Source: a virus. Taken from it: DNA of 40,932 nucleotides. The stretch lies in the UHGV virus genome UHGV-1367653. One strand, written 5' to 3'. Position 1 is the first letter of the stretch; each line of letters starts with the position of its first letter. A model generated the notes under the pieces. It was not told the DNA's origin. It ran no database searches and saw only the letters and a list, made by a program, of their open reading frames with translations. This document shows positions 15,528-24,149 of this stretch, one piece after another. A program made the translations under genes and the position numbers.

Positions 15528-18100
15528 AAACACACCATCTTACCCGTAACGCTTCTGGGGGCTTCGACCAGAAGTCATACTATTGTTCACCAATGGAATT
15601 TGCCATTAAACATATTCCAGATGGCGTGCCATTTCGCGTATTTAAAGAACAAATCGGCATTGACAGTGACGTTACCGAAGATTTTGATGCTCTGAAAGAA
15701 AACGCTGAATTCTATATCGTCGAATCCGCTGGCGGTGGCGGCGGTGGATTCCTCGGCAAGTTGCTCGACCCTCTTGGTGTAACTAAATACATCATGAAGA
15801 TTATTTCTCCGCAGAGCAAAGCACCATCGTCGAGTCTCGCCAACCAGCAAGCCGAGAGCCCGAATAACAGTCTTACAGACCGTAACAACAAGCCGCGCCC
15901 GTATGAAAGAACATATGATATTTGCGGCACGGTTCAGAGTATCCCTAATGACTTGATGACGACGTATCGCAAGTACAGCGCATCCGGCAGCGTTATAGAA
16001 TATGGTTTCTATGACGTCGGCCGTGGCTACCTCGATACGCCAGCAGATGGCGTAACAGACGGGGATTCTTTACTGCGTGATATCTCTGGCTCATCCGCTG
16101 CCGTATACGGCCCGTACACCTCGCCTAACTCAGGTACGCCGCAACTGCAAATAGGTGACGTCATCACGGAGCCGTTATTCATTACCGTTAGCTCTAACGA
16201 GGTCGACGGCCAGACGTTGAAAGCCCCTAATGATTTGCAGACTAACGTCGGCGACGTCGCCACCTGTTCAATTTCTGGCGTAAACGGTACAATAACGGAC
16301 CCAACAGGAGACGCTGCTTTTGACGAATTTATCCGTGTTGGAGACACAGTAAAATTTAACCACATTATCGGCGACCCGACCCCAGGCGTGTCGGGGCAGG
16401 ATGCCGATTTGTCGGGTTATTACCCCGTCATCGCTGTTAGTGATGTAGATATCGTCGTTAACGCATCGAATAACCTGGCGGAATGGCAGAAACTGGGCGC
16501 TAATACCTGGCCGGTCGTGCCGTTCGATGACGCTACTATCGGCCCGCAAGACATTATAGAATCTAGCTTCACCGACTGGATTACTGTATCGCGCATCCAG
16601 TGCGAGCGCCTGATGGCCAACATAGCCGCGGACAACGGAATGTATAAGGACGATGGCGGAAGCAGTAAAAAACCGGCCAGCGTCACGGCAGAGATGCAGT
16701 ACCAATTAATAGACTCTAACGGAAATGTTTACGGTCCTGTATATAGCGCACAGGGAACTATTTCTGGTCGTTCTGCCGACGCGACAGGGGTTAGCATTAT
16801 CGCGCAACTCCCGACACCATCTGCTGTTCGCGTGCGCCTTCGCCGGGTTACTGACCTGGATTTAAAATTCGAAGGTAACGTGGTGGATGAAATTAAATTC
16901 GCCAACCTGTACGGACAGACCCAGGATAAAACACCGAACTACGGCAACCGCACTACCGTTCATACTGCCAGGAGACAGACTCCGCGGGCTACTGCCGTTA
17001 AACAGCCGCAATTGAAACTGATTGTCACCGAAAAAGTGCAACGCTACCTCGGCAATGGTGCATTTGATACTAACTGGACTAATAATACACAGGCTGTGCA
17101 GTCGCTTATTAGATTGCTGCGGGACCCGGTCGTAGGGGACTTATCTCTGACCGCCGCAAATATGGATAAATTGCTGGCTGTGCAAGATGAAGTGGAATCA
17201 TATTTCAGCAACCCATTAGCCGGGCAGTTCTGTTATACGTTCGATTCATATTCAACAACTACACAAGACATCATCTCCACAATAGCAACAGCTATTTTTT
17301 GTAACCCGTACCGCAAAGGACACGATATCCTGCTTGATTTCGAACGTCCGCGCCCGGGCCCGGAAATGGTCTTTACGCACCGCAGTAAAGCGCCATCAGG
17401 TGAAAAGTGGACGCGCCAGTTTAACGATAAAGACGCCTACGATTCCGTTAAGTTCAGTTATATCGACCCCGACACTAACGTGAAAGAGACGATTACCATT
17501 CCGGAAACTGGCGGTATAAAAACCGATACCTATGACTCAAAAGGTATCAGGAATTATCAACAGGCGTACTGGCATGCGTGGCGGCGTTTCAATAAGAACT
17601 CTCTCAACAAAGTATCTGTCGAATTCACGGCAATGGAAGAAGGTATCTTCGCGGTACCCGGGCGCGCTATTAGTGTTGTTAAAGGTTCTAGGGTCGCCCC
17701 TATGGACGGTTATATTGTGGCCGTTAACGGCCTGGTGCTTACGCTATCGCAGCCTGTCTCATTTACCGACGGAGATGACCATTCGCTCATTCTCAAGAAG
17801 AGAGACGGCAGCGTGCAAAGTGTGTCTGTGACCCCTGGGAGTTTTAATCGTGAAGTAATCATGACAGAGGCTCCGCAGGAAGCAATTTACACAGGGAATA
17901 ATGCGTTAAAAACAGAGTTTTCATTTGGCAGCGAACAAAGGCATAATGGGCAGATGATTCTGGTTAGCACCGTCGAACCGTCAGACGACCGAACGGTGAA
18001 AATTAAGGGCATGAATTACGACCCGGGATATTATGCACAAGATGGCGTTAAGCCATTTGGTAGCGCATTCAGTTCCGGATTTGATACCGGTTTTTCCTAA
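15524..18100 (+). CDS. Tail tip / host specificity protein (gpJ-like), with an N-terminal I-like region containing a GGGGGG tract
   Basis: ~858 aa, in the position of lambda I-J. ATG at 15524 (the track gives TTG at 15518). Confidence 0.65.
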   Translation: MKTHHLTRNASGGFDQKSYYCSPMEFAIKHIPDGVPFRVFKEQIGIDSDVTEDFDALKENAEFYIVESAGGGGGGFLGKLLDPLGVTKYIMKIISPQSKAPSSSLANQQAESPNNSLTDRNNKPRPYERTYDICGTVQSIPNDLMTTYRKYSASGSVIEYGFYDVGRGYLDTPADGVTDGDSLLRDISGSSAAVYGPYTSPNSGTPQLQIGDVITEPLFITVSSNEVDGQTLKAPNDLQTNVGDVATCSISGVNGTITDPTGDAAFDEFIRVGDTVKFNHIIGDPTPGVSGQDADLSGYYPVIAVSDVDIVVNASNNLAEWQKLGANTWPVVPFDDATIGPQDIIESSFTDWITVSRIQCERLMANIAADNGMYKDDGGSSKKPASVTAEMQYQLIDSNGNVYGPVYSAQGTISGRSADATGVSIIAQLPTPSAVRVRLRRVTDLDLKFEGNVVDEIKFANLYGQTQDKTPNYGNRTTVHTARRQTPRATAVKQPQLKLIVTEKVQRYLGNGAFDTNWTNNTQAVQSLIRLLRDPVVGDLSLTAANMDKLLAVQDEVESYFSNPLAGQFCYTFDSYSTTTQDIISTIATAIFCNPYRKGHDILLDFERPRPGPEMVFTHRSKAPSGEKWTRQFNDKDAYDSVKFSYIDPDTNVKETITIPETGGIKTDTYDSKGIRNYQQAYWHAWRRFNKNSLNKVSVEFTAMEEGIFAVPGRAISVVKGSRVAPMDGYIVAVNGLVLTLSQPVSFTDGDDHSLILKKRDGSVQSVSVTPGSFNREVIMTEAPQEAIYTGNNALKTEFSFGSEQRHNGQMILVSTVEPSDDRTVKIKGMNYDPGYYAQDGVKPFGSAFSSGFDTGFS

Positions 18101-18112
18101 GAGGGCCTGACT

Positions 18113-20407
18113 ATGTCAAGCGGATGCGGCGATGTTTTATCGCTGGAAGATTTAATAACAGCAAAGAAACACCAGACATTTGAAGCAGAGGTCATAACCG
18201 GGCATACTGGCGGTGTCGCTTCTGGTCAGGAAATAGATTACGCCACCAACCAGATTACCGGACAAGTACAAAAAACATTACCAGCTATTTTACGTGATAT
18301 GGGTTTTGACCCCGCCTCTTTTGATTTCACTACTGGCGGTACGGTTACAGAACGCGACGCGGTAGTCTATAATCCTGCGGACAATAATTGGTATTCCTGG
18401 TCTGGTACCCTGCCGCATGTCGTTACCCCCGGCACAGACCCGACGGCGGACGCCAATTGGAAACCGAGAACAGACCAGCTACTACGGCAGAATCTAAGTA
18501 GCAATGATGGTTTTAAGCTAGTAGGCCAAGCTATATCGGTAACTGACTTGCGAAACATCTCGCCTTCTAGCGCGGGGCAGCGCATACTTGCTGCCGCCTA
18601 CTATCAGGCGTGGAACGCCACGGCGTCAGTGCCATTCGGCGGCGGCGAATTTATCGCTGTGTCTTCATCTTTAGCCGACGACGGAGGCCATGTATTAGCG
18701 CCGACCGGCGCGTCGTCGCTTAGATGGATTCGAGTAACTAATACCGTACACTTATTCGATTACGGAATCTATTTACAAACGGTTGCCGTCGCCAGAACTA
18801 CCGCAGCCATTGATATGGCGGATAAAGTACAGGCCGCTATCGCGCGTGCTATCTACTTAGGCGTGCCGCTTGTATCCCCGTTCTTTTTTGACCAAAACCC
18901 TAGTTATTTTCAAAACGGCATAGTATTAAAAAAATCAATAGATGCAACCGGGCTTCGCGAGACCCGCGGGGCGTTCCCGTGGTACTGCAATAATCTGCTT
19001 AATTTAGCTAACTACTCTGAAGACCTTGGGCTGACCACGGCAACAGGGGTTTCAGAACGTTATGTAATATTCTGTAAAAATGCAGAATTTGATAATCGTG
19101 GCTATAAAAATTATGGTAGCAACTTCCGGGGGATGGATTGGGACAGTTGGTGCATTCGTAACGTGGGCGACCGCTCAAACCATTTAAACGGGATAATGAT
19201 GCTGGTATGTCACGCTAAATTCACCAGATTACGCGGCGTAAATTTTGCGGGAGTAGCCGTTAATATGGGAAGCTCCTACGACTACGAAATAGGTGAAATA
19301 GGGCAGGAACTTTCTGGAGACGCCAACCACTACGCTATAGACGCGCAGACATATCCCGCTGCCGATAGCTACGACGAACACAACGCATACACCATTCATG
19401 GGGTATTGTCTCACTTTGGTTATGACCGAGGTTTTAGAATAACTGGGTCAAAAGGATTTGTGGGCAGAATTCACAGCGAAGGATTAAACGTTACAACCAC
19501 AGCACCTTATGCCGGTTATTCTTTTGATTTTGCTTCGGATTCTGGTCTTACATATATTAATAACGTAATCGGTGGTGTTGGTTCTTATCTAGGTTCGTTA
19601 TCGGAAGACCCTGGAGCCGCAAATACAGACGATTGTAATACCCTTATCGCTGCGTGGGGTAATAGTGCGGGGACCATTTACACATCAAGACTAAGTAATG
19701 TTGCGTTCCATGCCGCGGGTAGTGCAGGTTGCGCTGTAGGCACTTTGCGTACTACTGGCGATGTGCGAATTAATGCTAGTAGCAGGGTGGTAATAGACAA
19801 CTTAGTTATGTCCGGGGACCTCAACAATCTGGACTCAAACTCCAGTGTTCGCAGGGCTAATATAGCTGGTGATATCGTCAATATGTACGGCGGAATCGAG
19901 CGATTTACTGTTGGCGGTAACGCTGTGTTGCGCACCGGCGGTAAAATGGTGGAAGGAACAATAACTGGCTCTTTGACGTCGCACCAGGGGACCGCTGGAA
20001 AATCTAAAATTGACAACATAAAGGCTGCGTCACTCGGTTTTACGGCCACAGGAAACAACGGCGCTCTATATGCTACTGATTGCACATTCGCCTCCGTCAA
20101 CTCTGCGGACAGTGCAAGTTTGTACGCCGATAATATTGAAGTGACAACGGCGCTCAATATAACTAGTCTTAGCGTTAATCTTAACTTCACCGGCGCCGCT
20201 AACTTCCAGGCTATATCTATCGGGGCCGCCGCCACAGGTTTATGGTCGTTCGGGATAGGAACCAAAATATTCAGTGGCGGCTTAACTGGGTGGAAAGCAC
20301 CGACGGCAGCACCAAGACAGGGGACCAGCACTATCAACCCAACAACAGGACAAACCTTAATTTATCTAGGGTCTACCTGGAAAACTTTAATTGCCGCTCC
20401 GGCATAA
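18113..20407 (+). CDS. Tail fibre / tailspike with a predicted right-handed beta-helix receptor-binding or depolymerase domain
   Basis: 764 aa. The C-terminal two thirds has repetitive Asn/Gly/Ser/Thr-rich beta-helix-like composition. AAGAGGG SD. Confidence 0.6.
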   Translation: MSSGCGDVLSLEDLITAKKHQTFEAEVITGHTGGVASGQEIDYATNQITGQVQKTLPAILRDMGFDPASFDFTTGGTVTERDAVVYNPADNNWYSWSGTLPHVVTPGTDPTADANWKPRTDQLLRQNLSSNDGFKLVGQAISVTDLRNISPSSAGQRILAAAYYQAWNATASVPFGGGEFIAVSSSLADDGGHVLAPTGASSLRWIRVTNTVHLFDYGIYLQTVAVARTTAAIDMADKVQAAIARAIYLGVPLVSPFFFDQNPSYFQNGIVLKKSIDATGLRETRGAFPWYCNNLLNLANYSEDLGLTTATGVSERYVIFCKNAEFDNRGYKNYGSNFRGMDWDSWCIRNVGDRSNHLNGIMMLVCHAKFTRLRGVNFAGVAVNMGSSYDYEIGEIGQELSGDANHYAIDAQTYPAADSYDEHNAYTIHGVLSHFGYDRGFRITGSKGFVGRIHSEGLNVTTTAPYAGYSFDFASDSGLTYINNVIGGVGSYLGSLSEDPGAANTDDCNTLIAAWGNSAGTIYTSRLSNVAFHAAGSAGCAVGTLRTTGDVRINASSRVVIDNLVMSGDLNNLDSNSSVRRANIAGDIVNMYGGIERFTVGGNAVLRTGGKMVEGTITGSLTSHQGTAGKSKIDNIKAASLGFTATGNNGALYATDCTFASVNSADSASLYADNIEVTTALNITSLSVNLNFTGAANFQAISIGAAATGLWSFGIGTKIFSGGLTGWKAPTAAPRQGTSTINPTTGQTLIYLGSTWKTLIAAPA

Positions 20408-20416
20408 GGATTTATA

Positions 20417-20706
20417 TGTCTACAAAATTTGTAATTAATTTAACACCGCGCATGACATTCCCTCAGCTCGGGGGGCTTAAAGTTAAGAGCGAAGACGTTG
20501 ATATTTCTGCTGAGGTTATAGCCGTCCGTGTAGTTAGCATCATCGGGTCCGTAGCGCGCGTTGAGTGGCGCGTAACCTCCGACGGTGCTATGGCTGACGG
20601 GGCTGGGTTTTGCGATGTAGATACGGTGGATGGTGACAATGACACCAGCATCAAAAGCAAGGCAGAAACAAAACTTATTGATGAATTCAAAACCTACGTC
20701 TTATAA
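20417..20706 (+). CDS. Hypothetical protein downstream of the tail fibre (96 aa)
   Basis: ATG at 20417. It is the last gene of the plus-strand late operon before the terminator. Confidence 0.35.
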
Positions 20707-20708
20707 AA

Positions 20709-20733
20709 GAAGGCCCCGAAAGGGGCCTTCTTC
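20709..20733. terminator. Bidirectional terminator gaaggcccc-gaaa-ggggccttc
   Basis: It lies between convergent operons. Confidence 0.65.
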
Positions 20734-20778
20734 ACATTGCATAGTGTAAAACATACACCGCAATAATAAGGCCTAAAA

Positions 20779-21057
20779 TCACACTTGCGATGCAGCATTT
20801 TGCTCCGGTGGTATACCGCATTTCAGGTTCTCCATAAGAAAATCAAGTTGCGCGTTAGCCGCGTCACGTTGCTGCCGTAGTCTGGCGTTCTCGGCTTCGA
20901 GTTCCTTGATTCGCTTTTCAGCTATTTCTGCCCTAGCCTCCTGCTCATGAGCTTCGCTCCAGCCACGATGTGCATGCGCTCTTACGGCCATTAAATCGCG
21001 CTTAACAATATCGAGGGCCTTGAATGCTGTTTTAGCGGCAGTTTCATCAATACTCAT
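20779..21057 (-). CDS. Hypothetical coiled-coil protein (92 aa)
   Basis: ORF with stop/start coupling to the helicase. Confidence 0.4.
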   Translation of the reverse strand: MSIDETAAKTAFKALDIVKRDLMAVRAHAHRGWSEAHEQEARAEIAEKRIKELEAENARLRQQRDAANAQLDFLMENLKCGIPPEQNAASQV

Positions 21058-21058
21058 A

Positions 21059-22495
21059 TCAACCTCTCTTCTGTTTGCAATATTGCATTAACAAATCCTG
21101 GACCTCTTCCTTACCCTCTACTCGAGCCTGGACTACCTGGTCAAGCGTATCGGCAGCCTGTATTTGGTACACGAACACCGGGCGCGGGTGGCCCGCCTGA
21201 TGTTGACGAACCGGCCCAATACGCTCTATAACCTGCGCATAGTGCTCGTAGTTCCACGTCATCGAGTAGAAAGCCAGGTGACAGCCGCCGTCCTGTAAAT
21301 TCAAACCATGGCCGGCTGATGCCGGGTGAACCAGCAACATGGGAATCTCGCCGCGGTTCCAGGCGTCAATCTGGTCGTTGCCCCTCTTACCCTTCGCCAG
21401 TGCTACGGCTTCGGGGAACTTCTTCAGAATGCGGGCGCGGTCGTGCTGGAACTGATATGCCACCAGGAGCGGCGCGCCGTTCAGCTCGTCATATATAGAG
21501 TCCAGCGCCTCAAGCTTCGCGTTGTGGATAGCCTCCCACTCTTTGGTTGCTTCTCCGTCGTCGCCCGTCGTATACACAGCACCGCTGGCTATCTGGAGGC
21601 ACTTCTGGGTTCGCGCTGCCGCGTTCGCCGCTTCCACCTCTCCGGCTTCGAGCTGGGCGAAAAGTTCCTTTTCCATCTGGTCGTAGGCTTTGCGGGCCTT
21701 AGGCGGCAGTGGGACGACGACAGGAACCACGATCGGCTTATCACAACCGAAGAACTCAGCGGCGTCCACAGTTAGTGATATATCGGCGATGCGCTGGTGA
21801 ATTTCAGTGTCAGCGCCGCTACGAGGCTTATATGATTTAGCAGCATGATGCGCGCCCTCCTGTACGCTGACGAACCAGCGGTCGGTGAATGATTGATAGC
21901 TGCTGCCGAGGCGCTGTCCTGCGTCGAGGAACCAGCACTGGCCCCACAGGTCTTTAAGGCCGTTAGGCGCTGGCGTACCGGTCAGGTTAATGAAGCGCTT
22001 AATCTTCTTGTGTGCCACCTTGCCGAGTGCCCTGGCGCGCTTGCTACCACCTTTGCTGCGGAATGATTTCAGCTTGGTCGATTCATCGGCAACAATGACC
22101 GTGAACGGCCAGCGGTCGCCCCAGAACTCGACCAGCCATTCCAGGATGTCATAGTTGCAGCACACCACGTTCGCATCGTCATTCAGCATCACGTCCTCGC
22201 GATACTGGCGGCTACCGGTTCCGTCGACGACGCGCAACGCAGGGAATTGCCACTTAGTCTGTTCGGCGGGCCATGTGCCAGATGCGACGCGCAGCGGAGC
22301 CAGAACGAGAACACGGTCGCCACACCAGTTCTCCTGGTCCCAGTCGTCCAGGATGCCGGTCTGGAACATCTTATTCAGCGCCCACATCGTCGCGCCGGTC
22401 TTCCCGGACCCCATGGTCGCAAATACGTTACAACGTGGGTGGTTTATGATGTGCGCCGTGATGGGCTTCTGGTAAGGGCGTCTTTCAAAGCGCAT
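21059..22495 (-). CDS. SF2 DNA helicase (SNF2/Rad54-like)
   Basis: Walker A TMGSGKTG, DExx motif VIVADESTKL, and a C-terminal helicase domain. Confidence 0.8.
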   Translation of the reverse strand: MRFERRPYQKPITAHIINHPRCNVFATMGSGKTGATMWALNKMFQTGILDDWDQENWCGDRVLVLAPLRVASGTWPAEQTKWQFPALRVVDGTGSRQYREDVMLNDDANVVCCNYDILEWLVEFWGDRWPFTVIVADESTKLKSFRSKGGSKRARALGKVAHKKIKRFINLTGTPAPNGLKDLWGQCWFLDAGQRLGSSYQSFTDRWFVSVQEGAHHAAKSYKPRSGADTEIHQRIADISLTVDAAEFFGCDKPIVVPVVVPLPPKARKAYDQMEKELFAQLEAGEVEAANAAARTQKCLQIASGAVYTTGDDGEATKEWEAIHNAKLEALDSIYDELNGAPLLVAYQFQHDRARILKKFPEAVALAKGKRGNDQIDAWNRGEIPMLLVHPASAGHGLNLQDGGCHLAFYSMTWNYEHYAQVIERIGPVRQHQAGHPRPVFVYQIQAADTLDQVVQARVEGKEEVQDLLMQYCKQKRG

Positions 22496-22727
22496 TATTC
22501 GACTCCCAAATCTCTTGCATTAATTTATGTTTGTGCCTCGCTAGCTCAATCTCAAGTTTCGCCATTTTGTTTTCTAACCATGGCTTTTGAGTTTTAGCGT
22601 ATCTGTAAGCAGCGTTGCCGTAAACATAGTAAGCGCCGTAGCTACCGAAATGGCATTTTGGGCACCCTACGCCACCTTTAAAAACCCATTCGCAGGAGGC
22701 ACAGACTCGCAGTTTAGCTGTTTTCAT
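22485..22727 (-). CDS. Zinc-ribbon hypothetical protein (80 aa)
   Basis: CxxC...CPKC motifs. Confidence 0.4.
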   Translation of the reverse strand: MKTAKLRVCASCEWVFKGGVGCPKCHFGSYGAYYVYGNAAYRYAKTQKPWLENKMAKLEIELARHKHKLMQEIWESNNAL

Positions 22728-22890
22728 TGGCTTCTCTTTTCTCTTATCCGCGCCGCCTCAGTCTTTCTACGGCAGCACTTACACACATTGCGGTAGCCGT
22801 CGGTACTTGCCACACTGGACCGGTGGAACTCCGACAGCGGCTTGACCTCGTCGCACTTGATACAGCGCTTCTGTTTAGGGATTAGTCGCA
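22724..22890 (-). CDS. Small Cys4 zinc-finger protein (55 aa)
   Basis: Translates as MRLIPKQKRCIKCDEV...CKCC, read by hand. ATGA overlap with the downstream gene. Confidence 0.3.
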
Positions 22891-23253
22891 TTTCTGAAAC
22901 CTCTCAAACCAGAAAATGACAGGAGAATTTGTAACTTTAACCAGGCCAAAAGCCTCTGCAAATCGATAACTCTTTGACGCACGCCGGGTTACATCTACCT
23001 GCATAGCTATACGTTGCCGGAAGCCTTCTACCGTATCGCACATTTTATACAAATTACACGGGGCGCAAGCCGGTACTAAATTTTCTATATTGTCGTTTTC
23101 TGGCCTGTCCATTGCATAGTCATTACTAATATTCCGCCGTACGGCTTCTACATGGTCTGCATGAAATTTGCTTGACAATTCAGCGCCGCAATAGGCGCAG
23201 CGGCCGCCGAATTTCATGCGTAATTCTTCACGTTGTTTCTTTGTCAGTCGCAC
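22882..23253 (-). CDS. HNH endonuclease
   Basis: Motifs CAYCG...HADH...N...CAPCN. Confidence 0.75.
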   Translation of the reverse strand: MRLTKKQREELRMKFGGRCAYCGAELSSKFHADHVEAVRRNISNDYAMDRPENDNIENLVPACAPCNLYKMCDTVEGFRQRIAMQVDVTRRASKSYRFAEAFGLVKVTNSPVIFWFERFQKCD

Positions 23254-23588
23254 GGGAATAACTCCTCAATCAGTTCATCCACCTGCGCTTTGCTGCCGAT
23301 GGTGCGCACGTCTGCGCCGACGGCTCTCATGCGCTCATGCTCGCGCTGCTGGTGCGGGTCAGGCTTCGTCTGTTCGTCTTTCTTTATTTCAAGGAACAGG
23401 ACATGTTCGGGCAGCAGGACTTGTTCGGATCGATACCCCCAGAAAGGCACGTCGCGCTCTGGAACCAGCACCATCAAATCAGGACAACCACGGCGCATCT
23501 CATAACTTATTTTTCGAACAAGGCAGCCTTTAGCTTTAAGCTGTTTTTTAGCGTACTCTACGACTTCGCCTTCCGGGGTCTTAGCCAT
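23244..23588 (-). CDS. VRR-NUC domain nuclease (PD-(D/E)XK)
   Basis: Motif GCPDL...LEIKK. Confidence 0.65.
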   Translation of the reverse strand: MAKTPEGEVVEYAKKQLKAKGCLVRKISYEMRRGCPDLMVLVPERDVPFWGYRSEQVLLPEHVLFLEIKKDEQTKPDPHQQREHERMRAVGADVRTIGSKAQVDELIEELFPCD

Positions 23589-24069
23589 GATTGTGGAACT
23601 CCTTATGATTTTCTTCTCTGAATTTACGGACAGCTTCGGCAGCGGCCTCTATGGTGCGGAAATTTCCAAGATTGTGTCGAACCCCATCAGCCCAACAACG
23701 AGCCTTAAAGGATTTACCGTCGGGAGAAACACCTTTAACACCAGTCTTAGAGTCCCTCCTTACCGATGCGTTTCTTGTGTTTTCCTCGCGTGAGGCAAGT
23801 CTGAGATTCGAAATGCGGTTGTCTGCCCGGTTGCCGTTGATGTGGTCTATCTCGGACTTCGGTTCCACACCATAAATAAACCACCAAGCCACATGATGCG
23901 CGGGGTAATGCTTTCGCCTAAATGCTACGGAACGGTAGCCAAGAGAAGTAGGGTTATCAATAATATTACCCGGTATACCGCGCGCACCGCATTTCTTTAC
24001 CCACATAAAAACACCAGTTTCGGGGTTATATGATATGAATTCCTTTAACTCTGAAGGTATTTTCTTCAT
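23581..24069 (-). CDS. HNH homing endonuclease with an AP2 DNA-binding domain
   Basis: HNH motif IDHINGNRADNRISNLRL plus an AP2-like GVKGVS...FKARCW...LGNFRT. ATG at 24069 with a GGAG SD (the track gives TTG at 24084). Confidence 0.8.
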   Translation of the reverse strand: MKKIPSELKEFISYNPETGVFMWVKKCGARGIPGNIIDNPTSLGYRSVAFRRKHYPAHHVAWWFIYGVEPKSEIDHINGNRADNRISNLRLASREENTRNASVRRDSKTGVKGVSPDGKSFKARCWADGVRHNLGNFRTIEAAAEAVRKFREENHKEFHNHG

Positions 24070-24149
24070 TTTTCTTATCTCCAAAATAAAAGTGGTGACC
24101 TAAAGATAAGTCACCACCCTACTATAGTCAAGTATTTTGTTGGCTGTAA

